A stretch of 64,000 nucleotides of DNA from Tubiluchus corallicola. Its lineage: Eukaryota; Animalia; Priapulida. A program made the position numbers and the translations under genes. The notes below the pieces were generated by a model, which was not told where the DNA came from, did no database searches, and saw nothing but the letters and a program-made list of their open reading frames with translations. Location: positions 275,654-339,653 of the forward strand of contig JAQGDQ010000243.1 of NCBI GenBank assembly GCA_030141605.1, given 5' to 3'. Numbering within the stretch: the first letter of the stretch is position 1; every line of letters begins with the position of its first letter. Positions 53,058-64,000 of this stretch are shown one piece after another.

Positions 53058-54647
53058 CGACCCTCGCAATTGACGGCGTGCATCCGGCCACCGGAAAACG
53101 TCTCCGTCGTTCATAAAGCATGAACTACACTTCTCTAGTACCTCGTCTTCGTGCAAAAAACCGCTGTACATGTTTACATCAGTAAGACACCCAGAAAAAT
53201 CTGCACTCGTCAACATTGTTGGACTTAAAGAACCACCCAGTAGGCCAAATATTTCACGTTGGCCTGTGCTAGTGAGATCTGGCCCCCCGTCATGGAAAAA
53301 CTGCATTGGTAACATGGTTTCAATCATTTCACCATCTCCACCGTCCTAAAAAAAGAACGAAAAGTTATTATATGTTAGATCAATTGTGGATAATTTAAAT
53401 TAAATTAAAAAGACATAATATGAAAATTATACTTGCGTTATCCTAACTGCATTGTCAGTTATGTGCCAGTTTTTATAAGACATCTGCGAAAGTTAAAAAG
53501 CTTTCTTTTAGCCTTTCTTAAAATTTTAGTTATGATTTTTAAAAGTGAGGGAAATTTTGACACAATATAATTTAATTAAAATCATTTCTCCCAACACATT
53601 AAATTACTTAAAAACGAAACTGTTTAACTGTTTTATCAAGGGAATTTTTTTAAATGAATCACTGTCGATCTTTTTTAATGAAATCTTTGATAATATTTAG
53701 AGTAGTATAATTTAGTAGAGTAGTGTATCTTGCCATTGCAAAAAAATTCCCGCGAAAAACGATGATTTGCACAAAACATTGCTCTAATTAATATACTACA
53801 AATTAAAACAAAAGAGAGCGTGTTGTGATTTTGAAGATGATTCGTAACTGTTTACAAATGTTTTTATAGACCTTTAACTCCAGTGCAAGGCTGGAAGCTA
53901 CGATGCCATACTACTTACGTTCAATCGTCCACAGAGATCAAAATACCGGATCAGTTGGTCAGTTTCTCGACTGAAAGCCGCACAAATGTGGTGCCAATAT
54001 CCATCACAATAATCAATGCCAGAAATACTTTGTGATCTACAATAAGATACGACAAAAATACAAGACAAAACATTTGATGTATCAAGCGCGCAAACAATTA
54101 CAACATTTAATGGTCATTTTATTACCAGCACCTACAGCAATTTACAAGAATAGAGTTTGAAAAAACACCGCGATGCGCAATTTTGAAGCTTTGGAAATTT
54201 TGAAAATTACGAGTGCCTGTTAATCACATCAAAGTTCGATGTTTATGGCCCGTTTATACATAAGGCGATCTCCCGTGCTGATTGTTCTCTCAGCCATTTT
54301 TCAAACTAAAACCGCGCGGTTTTCCTGTAAACAACCAATCAGAAGTGGGCTTGTTAACACGTCATCAGCAAAGGCGGTGCTTTAGCAGAAGAAAAAGAGA
54401 TCTCTACATACGTGTTTATGAAGTGACAATGCACAATGGCTGATAAAACCGAAACAATAACATTAGAAATGGAAGAGAATAAAATATTATATGACAAAAG
54501 CCTAACTGATCGAGTATAAAAATAAAGTACAAAAACACCTTTCACAAAATAATTTTTTGCTTATCTGCGGTGAGATTTTATCCGTCTTTCTGTCTGTTTT
54601 TCTGTCTTCTTTCGTCTCTCTGTCTGTCTCTCTTTCTCTCTCTCTGC

Positions 54648-54678
<31 letters not shown>

Positions 54679-57094
54679 CCTCCCTCTTCCCTCCTCTCTC
54701 TTTCTTTCCCCTCTCTCTCTGCCACACTTTTCACCATGCAGTAGTCTGTTTTGCAATAATTCATACAATGATATATGCCGTGTTATCTACCATAAATTTT
54801 TACGATTTCGTCTGTATAAATACAGTGCCAACATTTCATCCACAACGATCAACGTCATTTTTAAAAGTGGCGTGAAAGTTATGAAAAATTGCTTCATATG
54901 TGAACGACGAGGCGCGCGGGAAAACTGTGCGATTTTATTTCGCGGGAAACCGCCCTATGTATAAATGAACCATTATACGCTCTTATTAAACATTTCTTAA
55001 TGTTTTACTGACATAAACGTTTTTGCTTATCTTGTTGAGTGAAATTCATCCTTTAGAATCGTGGCACAGTAATGGTACAAGTAAGTTTGATTTGATGTAG
55101 GTAAATTTGCTTCTGGTAATTTTGGTACCGTGAAAATTGGGTACAAGGAAAATGTGGTACATACTACTGAATACAGTACTAGCGAAATTTTGTCAAGCAA
55201 ATCTGATACAACGTAAAAATTGTACGAACAAATTTGGTGCTAGGACAGTTTATAGGTTTTACACGTCAAATGTAGACACAGGAAAGTTGAAATGTGACTT
55301 AGGTAAGTTAAATGTAGACATAGGAATTTCGAATGTGTTTTGGTAACTCAAATGTGACTTAGGTAAGTCAAATGTAGATGCATTACTTTGAATAAATCGG
55401 TAATTAAGTTATTTAAGTGCAAATTAGAAAAAGATAAACCAAAGATAGTGCATCTATTAGTTGGCCTACAACTTTGTTATTTTAACTTAGGAGCAATTAT
55501 TAAATTGAAATTAAAGAAGATTAAATTTAACATCCTTAAACTTTACTACCTATCCAAATTTGAGATACCAATGTCACATTTGACTTGACATGTGTCTACA
55601 GTTGACTTACCAAAAACGCTTAAGATTTCTTGAAAACCATTGTTAACACATTTGAACTACCTAAGTCTACATTTGAGTTACCAAGACACATTTGAATTAC
55701 CTAAATCTACATTTTAGTTAACGCAGGTCTACATTTGACATGTAAAACCTATAGTACTGGAAAAATTTGGTACTAGGAAAGTTTGATACAAAGAAAGTTC
55801 GGTACCTCGAAAAGTCGTTACTTAAGTAAACACCATTCTGTTTACACATTCACGTGTAGATAGTCTTAAACTTTGTTGAATACTCAAGCAGTTACTTATG
55901 TAACGTCGTGTCAGTAGACAGTAGTTTGCCTAAACGGTGCAGATTGTGAAAAAGTCGTTAACCTTTCGGACAGCTAGCGATTCCTTAATTCACTGCAATT
56001 TGGTTTGAGTGGCGACTAAAATGTACTAATTTCGCGAGTATGATCACGTATTTTTCTCGAGCTCAATCCACGTTGTCTTTAGAGGCAGAAAAATTATTTT
56101 AATCGGTAAAATCAACGTTAAATGGAATGTCGAATCTAATGCATTTTTAACATTTTTGACATTCCAATGACGCAGCTGTAGTAAAATAAAGTCTGTTTAT
56201 CATAGTGGTTGCAGCTGCCGACTGGTTATTGTTGTTTGTTGTGGTGGTGGGTGTGGCTCGTGAAGATTGCGTGTGGAACAGCCACGACGGGCATGGCAAA
56301 CTACCAAGATTTTGTTTAGCAAACTACACGTTTATTCGATATTAAATACAGACTCAGTATACATAAGAAGAGACTAATGCCAGCCCTCCGTATTCAAGAC
56401 AGCTCCTAATCTGCCCGAGGTGCAGGCCTCGAATTCCTGTTGTCTAATTACCTAATGCGCACTGAGCTTCTGCGCATAGCGGTTACATCATCAATCTATA
56501 CTCTTGACTAAGTAGGTCGAACATCAGCTGATCATCACGTGGTATGCCACACCTAACTGGGTTTCTTGCCAAGACGGTAATTTAATCTTGAATTATCAAT
56601 TTAATTGTTTAATTAACAGTTTCGTCTTAAATCATCACACTAAACAGCTTTCCTTAACTGCTGTTTAATCCAATGAATGATTTTCTTGCAAATAATCACC
56701 AATGATTTATGAATTCGTTGCTATGTTCTTCCGTCGCTTGACTGCTTTCAAGAAGTTGTTAAAGAAAAGATAAACACGTGTTCATCTTGAGTTGTGTTGT
56801 AGCAAGAGTAAACTTGTCACCTCTTCTGATTACTTGTATTTTTGCAAAAAGCTTTATATAAATGTTATGTATATTTAACGTTCTTTGTGTGTCTTTTTTT
56901 GACTAAATTGACCATTACCATCATCACTCTATAGAAAATTGTATAATAACCAAGCATTTCTTCGTTTTCTTAGCCAAAATTTTACTCACCCGCAAGGAAT
57001 GAACACTCCTGCTGGTGGTATACTAAACAACATTCCTAGATTGTCAAGTAGTAAACCTTTCGTAGTGCCTGGTTTCACTATCGATTTAAACCAC
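53058..57094 (-). CDS. Pentraxin/LamG-like domain gene, partial; exons 57094-56990, 54036-53919, (53483-53433), 53345-53058
   Basis: Phase-compatible GT-AG exons encode WFKS.., DGYWHHICAAF (pentraxin HxC), GQRE, FSGCLTDVNMY and GDVFRW. Start and terminal exons are not resolved. Confidence 0.65.
54246..54972. mobile_element. PIF/Harbinger-type MITE containing a (CT)n tract
   Basis: Imperfect ~22-bp TIRs (TGGCCCGTTTATACATAAGGCG vs CGCCCTATGTATAAATGAACCA); TTA on both sides. Confidence 0.7.
55253..55751. mobile_element. Foldback-like MITE with long TIRs built of ~21-bp subrepeats
   Basis: TAGGTTTTACACGTCAAATGTAGAC ... GTCTACATTTGACATGTAAAACCTA, TA flanks; AAATGTAGAC subrepeats are mirrored on both arms. 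Confidence 0.75.
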
Positions 57095-57742
57095 CTAGAA
57101 TAGATAAGTAATATAAGAAAATTTTAATACTCAAAACTAGCATGAAAATAATTGATGTTGTTGCAGGTACAAATGTTTTGGTCCATTACCCCTTCGCAGG
57201 TAGTATATGCATTAGAAGTCACTATATATTAGACTGTAGTTCAACAAGCTAGACTACTTTTTCTACTCTGACATTGTATAGGTGAACTTTGTTATGTACA
57301 CACGTCTCTGTTACATTTAAAATTTGACTTATAATTATACTGCAACCTTTTACTGACATTCTGGCTTTTTCGCGACTCAATATTGGACCAACAATGTATG
57401 TATGCATTTTAGCCTTTTAGTGTAACGTAGTAATCTGTAGCACTATTTCAGTAGTTTTGTACAGGTAGTAATTGTAGACTACAGAAAATTTGTATTTTTT
57501 GCAGAATAAACTAACATAGATATGGGAACGCACCTTTGGTTTGAGTTTGAGCGTATACATTACAGATAATATCAGTAAAAAATCTGTAAGTTTGTTCACT
57601 GCCAGTTAGTTTATTCTTCAACAGCAAAAGATCTAATTCGACTTGTGTTTATATTAGATTAGATTAGATTACACTTTTAATGTAATCTAATCTAATCTGA
57701 TATTGTAGCCCAAAAGGCACCAGGCGTTTTGTTGATAACTCG

Positions 57743-58100
57743 CAGTGTCTATAGTTTAAAAACATAGTATGTAGCAACATACTAACTTGTAAACTTACAA
57801 TGACAGTGTCTATAGTTTAGAAACATAGTATGTAGCAACATAGTAACTTACAAACTTACAATGGCAGTGTTTAAAAACATAGTATGTAGCAACATAGTAA
57901 CTTACAAACTTACAATCGCAGTGTCTATAGTTTAAAAACATAGTATGTAGCAATATACTAACTTGCAAACTTACAATGGCAGTATCTATGGTTTAAAACC
58001 ATAGTATGTAGCAACATAGTAACATACAAACTTACAATGGCAGTGTCTACAGTTTAAAAACATAGTATGTAGCAACATAGAAACTTACAAACTTACAATC
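57743..58100. repeat. ~61-bp minisatellite, ~6 copies
   Basis: Unit CAGTGTCTATAGTTTAAAAACATAGTATGTAGCAACATA.TAACTT..AAACTTACAAT. Confidence 0.9.
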
Positions 58101-58559
58101 ACAATAAGAAACGAACGAATAAAAGTTGTGAACGTTTTTACGGTTAATATTGACTAATTAGGTCGAACGTTTTGTAATCAATTATGGGGTAAACGAACGA
58201 TTTGTAAAATTGTTAACTTCAAGTATGGCCGGAAGAAGGAAATGGGGATTATGAATAAAAAAACTCACAATTAAAAACAAGTAAAAAAGAAAAGGTATAA
58301 CGTTTAGAACTACCACCGTAGTTCTTCTTCAAGTGAACAAAAAAGTCAAAAAGAATGAAAATCACAAATACTAATTTTTGTGGAGTTTTTTGTTTTGCGA
58401 ATTTTTATTTATATTATTAACGCATACTAAAGATATAGCATAAAAATGATTCAAGAAAATAGAAAAAATCCGAACTTTTTATCAAGCATAGAAAATTAAT
58501 TCCTAATTTACATACAAAAGAAATTCGAAAACGCAGCAGGACTAAAAGAGATCTCTAGT

Positions 58560-58923
58560 GGGCTGTTCACATTAGCTACGTGGACCGAGACTAATGGGAC
58601 TAGTACATGAAAATGATATGTAATAAATTACATGAAAGCGATTCATAATATTTTTACGGTTGCAGCAGGATAAAACAGAATGTAGATCAGATCACGCTGC
58701 ACACTTGCAGCTTGTATCCATAGCCTATTATTTAAGGAACGACTCCATGTGCGCGTAATGCGTAATGCGTGATGCGTTATTTTTATTTATACAATTTATA
58801 TTTAAATCACAAGAAAACCATTCATGAATATAAAGCTTGAAAAATTCGTTTTGAAATTTTATATCGCTTACATACTGCCTTTTTGCGTGCAGGACCAATC
58901 GGCAGTCATGCTTGTGACAGCCC
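58560..58923. mobile_element. Probable Harbinger-type MITE, degenerate
   Basis: Termini GGGCTGTTCACA ... TGTGACAGCCC. Confidence 0.45.
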
Positions 58924-59892
58924 TATACAATAGTGCTCTCATTTTATCGTACTAATTAAATTTCTACAATTAAGTTTGCTAAGTTAAGCAGAGTAGCGCC
59001 AATGAGTTTAATTTTGTAGTGCTAAGTGAAAAGTTTATTTTGTTTATCTATGTAATTCTTATCTCTCAGGCTAGTATAGTAGTGATATCTACTGTCAACT
59101 TTGTTTCTCAGAGAAAGAAACCAGGGACATGAACTTGACAGGTGTACTTCCTTATTTGGCAAGTTTGACCACCAATCCTGAGTGATGATAAATAGGACAT
59201 TCACAGCTGCTACTCTTTATAACCTGTTTGATTGGTCAGGTTTAGGTGATGAACCAACCTTTACAGGATATGCAACAACTCAGCTGAGAGCAAACAGGTT
59301 GACCTGGAAAAACGAGGCCACAGTGCAGGGTGTGAAAAGTGTGGCTTTGCACTATGGTTGCTCTACTTGATGCCTAATTTGGTAACATGCTAAAATTTGT
59401 TACCTTTAATAATACAATCAGCTGAAATACCTGGCTTCTACCGGGGGTAGCTTGTTGTGATTTATGAAGTGAAAATAGTGTGCATATTTGTGGGATGCCC
59501 GCCCACTGTTCCCTATGCAGGAGTCCATAGCTGTGAAGGGATTCTCTAGGAGAATAGACTGCAAAAGAATGATATTCATTAAATGGACACTTAGTGCACC
59601 AGCCGGGGGCCGGGGGGGGGGGCTGCGACCGAAATTGGTATTAGCCTAAAACTTTCCCGGGGTCGTGTTTAGGGATATGCTGCAACATACGGGCATGCAT
59701 AAAGGTTGCGCCTTTTTGACTGCCACATCGAGCTAGGTTCCAGTCTTGCTACAACCATCTGTGTGAAGCAGGTACTGCTCTGCTGAGCAAGCCAAACTAC
59801 GTAAAAAATCAAAACCGTAGGCTTATTAAAAATATATGATAGGATCGTGTCAATTATAGATAGGATATATGATATGATATATATATGATAGG

Positions 59893-59987
59893 ATCGCAGG
59901 GGTCAACCCAACCGAAGTGCAATGGAAAGGCCTCGCCCCGGAGGATCCACCTTCTTGATCATGGAAACCTCTGTGCCAGGCAAGTAA
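59893..59987 (-). pseudogene. 3'-truncated U1 snRNA copy (5' ~95 nt)
   Basis: The minus strand reads TTACTTGCCTGGCACAGAGGTTTCCATGATCAAGAAGGTGGATCCTCCGGGGCGAGGCCTTTCCATTGCACTTCGGTTGGGTTGACCCCTGCGAT. It retains loop I GATCA.GAAG and loop II ATTGCAC but has no Sm site or SL4. Confidence 0.88.
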
Positions 59988-60477
59988 GCAGATAAAATTA
60001 TGTATGTAATTAATTAAATATTAGGCCTATAATGTTAAGGTTATTACTAATGGTGGTGGTACAAGCCGAAAATTAAATAAATGTGGATACCAAACTTGCA
60101 TGTCAGGAAATTAATGTAATTAGTTAAAATCGCTCTAGTGAGGGATCTAACATTAGAAATGCTGAATTTGGTTGGTCAGCTATAAAAGATGAACTTTGAA
60201 CTGTCTTAACCACCAGAGATATGTCGGCCTAGTGGTCCAAGGCGTCTATTGTGTAAACATAACGTTCCTGGTTCAAATCCAGTTACACCCAAACTCCTAT
60301 CTTCCTTGTTTGGTTTCAAAATTTAATTGCTTGTTGGTTTGTGCCATTGTCATTCATAACAATATTGACATTAAGATTATAATAATTATGTTTCTCTTTT
60401 AAATTATTTTTATTTTACATGTGTAATGTGCAGTGTATTTCCTTACTTTGTGTTGTAAATTCTTTTTGTGTTTATAA

Positions 60478-60875
60478 ATAAGATAAGATAAGATAAGATA
60501 AGATAAGATAAGATAAGATAAGATAAGATAAGATAAGATAAGATAAGATAAGATAAGATAAGATAAGATAAGATAAGATAAGATAAGATAAGATAAGATA
60601 AGATAAGATAAGAAAAGATAAGATAAGATAAGATAAGATAAGATAAGATAAGATAAGATAAGATAAGATAAGATAAGATAAGATAAGATAAGATAAGATA
60701 AGATAAGATAAGATAAGATAAGATAAGATAAGATAAGATAAGATAAGATAAGATAAGATAAGATAAGATAAGATAAGATAAGATAAGATAAGATAAGATA
60801 AGATAAGATAAGATAAGATAAGATAAGATAAGATAAGATAAGATAAGATAAGATAAGATAAGATAAGATAAGATA
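60478..60875. repeat. (AGATA)n pentanucleotide microsatellite, ~80 units
   Basis: Nearly perfect run with one substitution. Confidence 0.98.
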
Positions 60876-61483
60876 CATGTACATTTACTTATCATCCGTG
60901 AGTTTAACAGTACGTAGAAACATTCATATAGTTTTAAAATTTAGTAAAGCAGAGGATATTTTGTAGTATATGTAGAAAGAAATGTAATTACTGTGAAGTG
61001 GGCGTGACGAACGACCATATGATCAACTAAGTCATCCACCTATTTTGTAGAGTGATTAACTTGTACTTTTCTTACATCATACATGGCTGAATTAGCTGCA
61101 CTGTTTAGTTTAATCAGTCTATTTGAGGCTAATTTTGAAACCAACTTTTCAAAGTGCACCATTGTCTGTGTTAGACTAATTTTCCACACAGGCTAATTTC
61201 GTAGAATTTTTCTCATTGTATTGTGAAGCTCATTTTTAGTGAAATTCAAACGGCAGTAGCAATGTTTTGCTTTTCAATCTGAATCTTCTTCAACAGAGTC
61301 AAACACGGAACTAGCAGTTTCTTCATTAACCGGCTTGCTATTTAACTTTTTTTGGTATTTTGCTATGCTTCTTGCAACATTAGGATATATTTGAGTTGTA
61401 TTCCATTTCTCTCCGCAATCAGCGTCAAGCCAGTGCGTATCATTGCCTTCCCGGTAAAAGTCACGCTTCGCTTGTCTTCCTTG

Positions 61484-62014
61484 GCATTAAGTGCACTTAA
61501 GTTAGATTGCATAATCCTTTGTTTCACGTGTCCATGATCTGTGCATTAAGTGCACTTAAGTTAGATTGCATAATCTTTTGTTTCACGTGTCCATAATCTG
61601 TGCATTAAGTGCACTTAAGTTAAATTGCATAATCCTTTGTTTCACGTGTCCATGATCTGTGCATTAAGTGCACTTAAGTTAGATTGCATAATCTTTTGTT
61701 TCACGTGTCAATGATCTGTGCATTAAGTGCACTTAAGTTAGATTGCATAATCCTTTGTTTCACGTGTCCATGATCTGTGCATTAAGTGCACTTAAGTTAG
61801 ATTGCATAATCCTTTGTTTCACGTGTCCATGATCTGTGCATTAAGTGCACTTAGGTTAGATTGCATAATCCTTTGTTTCACGTGTCCATGATCTGTGCAT
61901 TAAGTGCACTTAGATTAGATTGCATAATCCTTTGTTTCACGTGTCCATGATCTGTGCAATAAGTGCACTTAAGTTAGATTGCATAATCCTTTGTTTCACG
62001 TGTCCATGATCTGT
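61484..62014. repeat. 59-bp minisatellite, 9 copies, with palindrome TTAAGTGCACTTAA and E-box CACGTG
   Basis: Period 59; units near-identical. Confidence 0.95.
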
Positions 62015-62367
62015 ACAACACAAACTAATTTAATACCGGAAAAGGGCACAAAAAGTGTACGTTAACTGGAAAATAGAATGCGATAAATAGTGACAGTGTC
62101 ATGATGGGTGATCAGTAAATAAAACAACGTGCTCATTTGAAGGTGATAATTGAGGAAATGAATACGTGCACGAAGTTTCAAAATTGAGCAAGAAACAATG
62201 AACCAAAACAGCGTTTAACAATTATAGCTTAAACTATAAGAGTATACTCATTGAAACCGAGGAGAAAAAACGTCCATATCTATGCTGTGCATTTTATGTA
62301 TCCATGAAATTTATTTCTACGCAAATGTAAAAGGTGATGAACTAGTTAGGAATATTAATTTAAAATA

Positions 62368-62792
62368 TATATCTCCTTCCGAGAGTCCCACCAGGCGCCG
62401 CTAGAACGTTTTTTCTACAGGCTGTTTGAGCAAAATTTCGAAAAAATCGCGAGTTGTGTCCGGGAAAACGCCCGTCGCGGGACGTCGTGGCCCTCTCGCA
62501 AATTCTAAATATGCCTGCTACACCCACCGCTGAACGAGCTATCTATCCATAGCCAGCACCACCCTCGGCCCATTCCCGTTCTCCACATCTCAGCCGTATA
62601 ACTTTTGCAAAAAACGGCCGAAAATGGCCATTTTTGGAGGTTTTTCGCCCCCCCCGTTCCTCGCGGTGGGCCCGATTCGAAAAATAAACCCCCCAATGGA
62701 ACGACACTAGATCGACACCTTTCGTTTGATGTATAGATCGCCACAAATGGTACCGTCGTCCGAGCTGTAGCCTCGAATCTTATATATATATA
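62368..62792. mobile_element. Interspersed GC-rich repeat (Helitron/Helentron-like, tentative); partial copy at 48489-48570
   Basis: Shared ATCTCCTT..GAGTCCCACCAGG.GCCG.TAGAACGTTTTTT..AAAATTTCGAAAAAA; (TA)n end. Confidence 0.5.
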
Positions 62793-63246
62793 CCAGTAGA
62801 ATTAATATATACGATAAAGCTAAATTCAGCTTTAGGCGAAACATTACACATTAAATTTTTATTGCTAAAACAAATTACAATGATTTATACTCACACTGAT
62901 AGTATCACATTTATCGTAACACGACATTTCCACTGATGCGTTATTGAAAAGTCATTGAAAAGTTATTTCGATCATTGAAAAGCAATGACTGAAAGTTATT
63001 AAAATTTTAATTAACATCTATGTCGCGTTCCAAAGTTAAAGGTGCATTGACACGCTTATGACTATGCATGTTGGTCAGTGTAACTGGTCACGCACGATTC
63101 CAATGTCTCGAAGTTATTACGGTTAATGTATTATTAGCTTTCCAAAAACGTGAAAGTTGCTAGCCGAAATTAAGAAGGCCGTCGAATGTCCAGCTGGCAG
63201 TGTGTTGACCAACAACGGTCGAAACCTGCTGAGGTTTACAAAGCTC

Positions 63247-63455
63247 GACCAGACTGTATCGTCTAGTGGCAACGCGTGCGCTCTTCGTCTGGGAGGTCGT
63301 GTTCGAATACAGTGGTCGGGTCATACCAAAGACTTTAACAATGGCACCTGGTATTTATGGCAAAATTGGGGTAATAGCAGTCGTAGTAATTTAATTTACA
63401 GTTGGTAAAAAGCTTATGTTACTTATTTCCAAGCTGGTCCCGATTATTATTATTC
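63247..63455 (+). mobile_element. tRNA-derived SINE with Meta-like domain, second copy
   Basis: Similar head and GGGTCATACCAAAGACTTTAACAATGG core. Confidence 0.7.
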
Positions 63456-63469
63456 GCAAGTTACTTCGA

Positions 63470-63560
63470 TAAACCCCTCGTTGGTGTGACTCAGTCGGGA
63501 GTTGAACCCACGACCTACCAGGTGCGAAGCGAGCACGATAACATAGAGTTAAGCCAGTGT
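63470..63560 (-). mobile_element. tRNA-like SINE head
   Basis: Minus strand GGTCGTGGGTTCAACTCCCG (B box). Confidence 0.55.
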
Positions 63561-64000
63561 AACTAATGTAGTAGCTACAGACTTATTTAAGACATAACTT
63601 GTTCTGTCATGTCAACGAAATTTTTCCACGCTTCATGTATCTCACGGTGCAGGAAAAATTTATAGTTTTTCTGATGAGTGGAATCGATTGTAAAATTATA
63701 AACTTAGTTTCAAATTTTACTACAGACTGTTTTGTAAGAAGGAAAATAGAAGCTTAACCACAGAAAGTCTTATTTAATTGATAGCAATAGTGCAATATTG
63801 TAATTATATTATTTTTCTAAACGTGTAAATACTGCAAACTGTTTAACCTCCATTGCTTTTTTACTGTGACTATACCCAAGTGTTGGGATGTTTTTGTATG
63901 CCGTGTGATTCATTATGTACATTATATTGTATACTGTATATATATTTTGTTGTTTGTCAATAAACTTACATTATAAAAAAACTATTATTCATTTCAAATT

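Noticed and set aside
54502-54964. ER-rich and LS-rich ORFs
   Set aside because: (CT)n tract inside a MITE.
56177-56487. Possible solo LTR (TG...CA, AATAAA on the minus strand)
   Set aside because: No matching TSD and no second copy in the window.
60399-60895. ORFs with YLILS repeats
   Set aside because: Translation of the (AGATA)n microsatellite.
61484-62014. CRISPR-like appearance of palindromic repeats (also 16450-17676 and 57743-58100)
   Set aside because: Units are contiguous with no unique spacers, there are no cas genes, and the context is eukaryotic.

Overview
AT-rich, intron-containing invertebrate metazoan DNA. A spiralian/lophotrochozoan origin is inferred from the TTAGGG repeat, the c-Jun sequence and the repeat families, but is not proven. 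I reconstructed four complete genes by hand from GT-AG boundaries and reading phase: ACP5/TRAP-like purple acid phosphatase (-, 6 exons, 336 aa), EIF2B3 (+, 11 exons, 454 aa, head-to-head with ACP5), intronless c-Jun (+, 282 aa) with a recognisable immediate-early promoter, and an unusual ~1435-aa protein (-, 7 coding exons) made of three tandem-BTB modules (six BTB domains) plus C-terminal C2H2-like fingers. The right third holds a frameshifted orphan C-type lectin exon and a partial pentraxin/LamG gene. The rest is a dense set of mobile elements: a 6-bp-TSD hAT-like MITE (4 copies), Kolobok-, piggyBac- and Harbinger-type MITEs, solo LTRs, LINE 3' ends, tRNA/Meta-type SINEs, a 5S-rRNA-headed SINE with RTE-like body, truncated U1 and 5S copies, an interstitial telomeric tract and several minisatellites. 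The top candidates for novelty are the hexa-BTB zinc-finger gene and the 5S/RTE SINE. No database searches were run; family assignments come from motif recognition.
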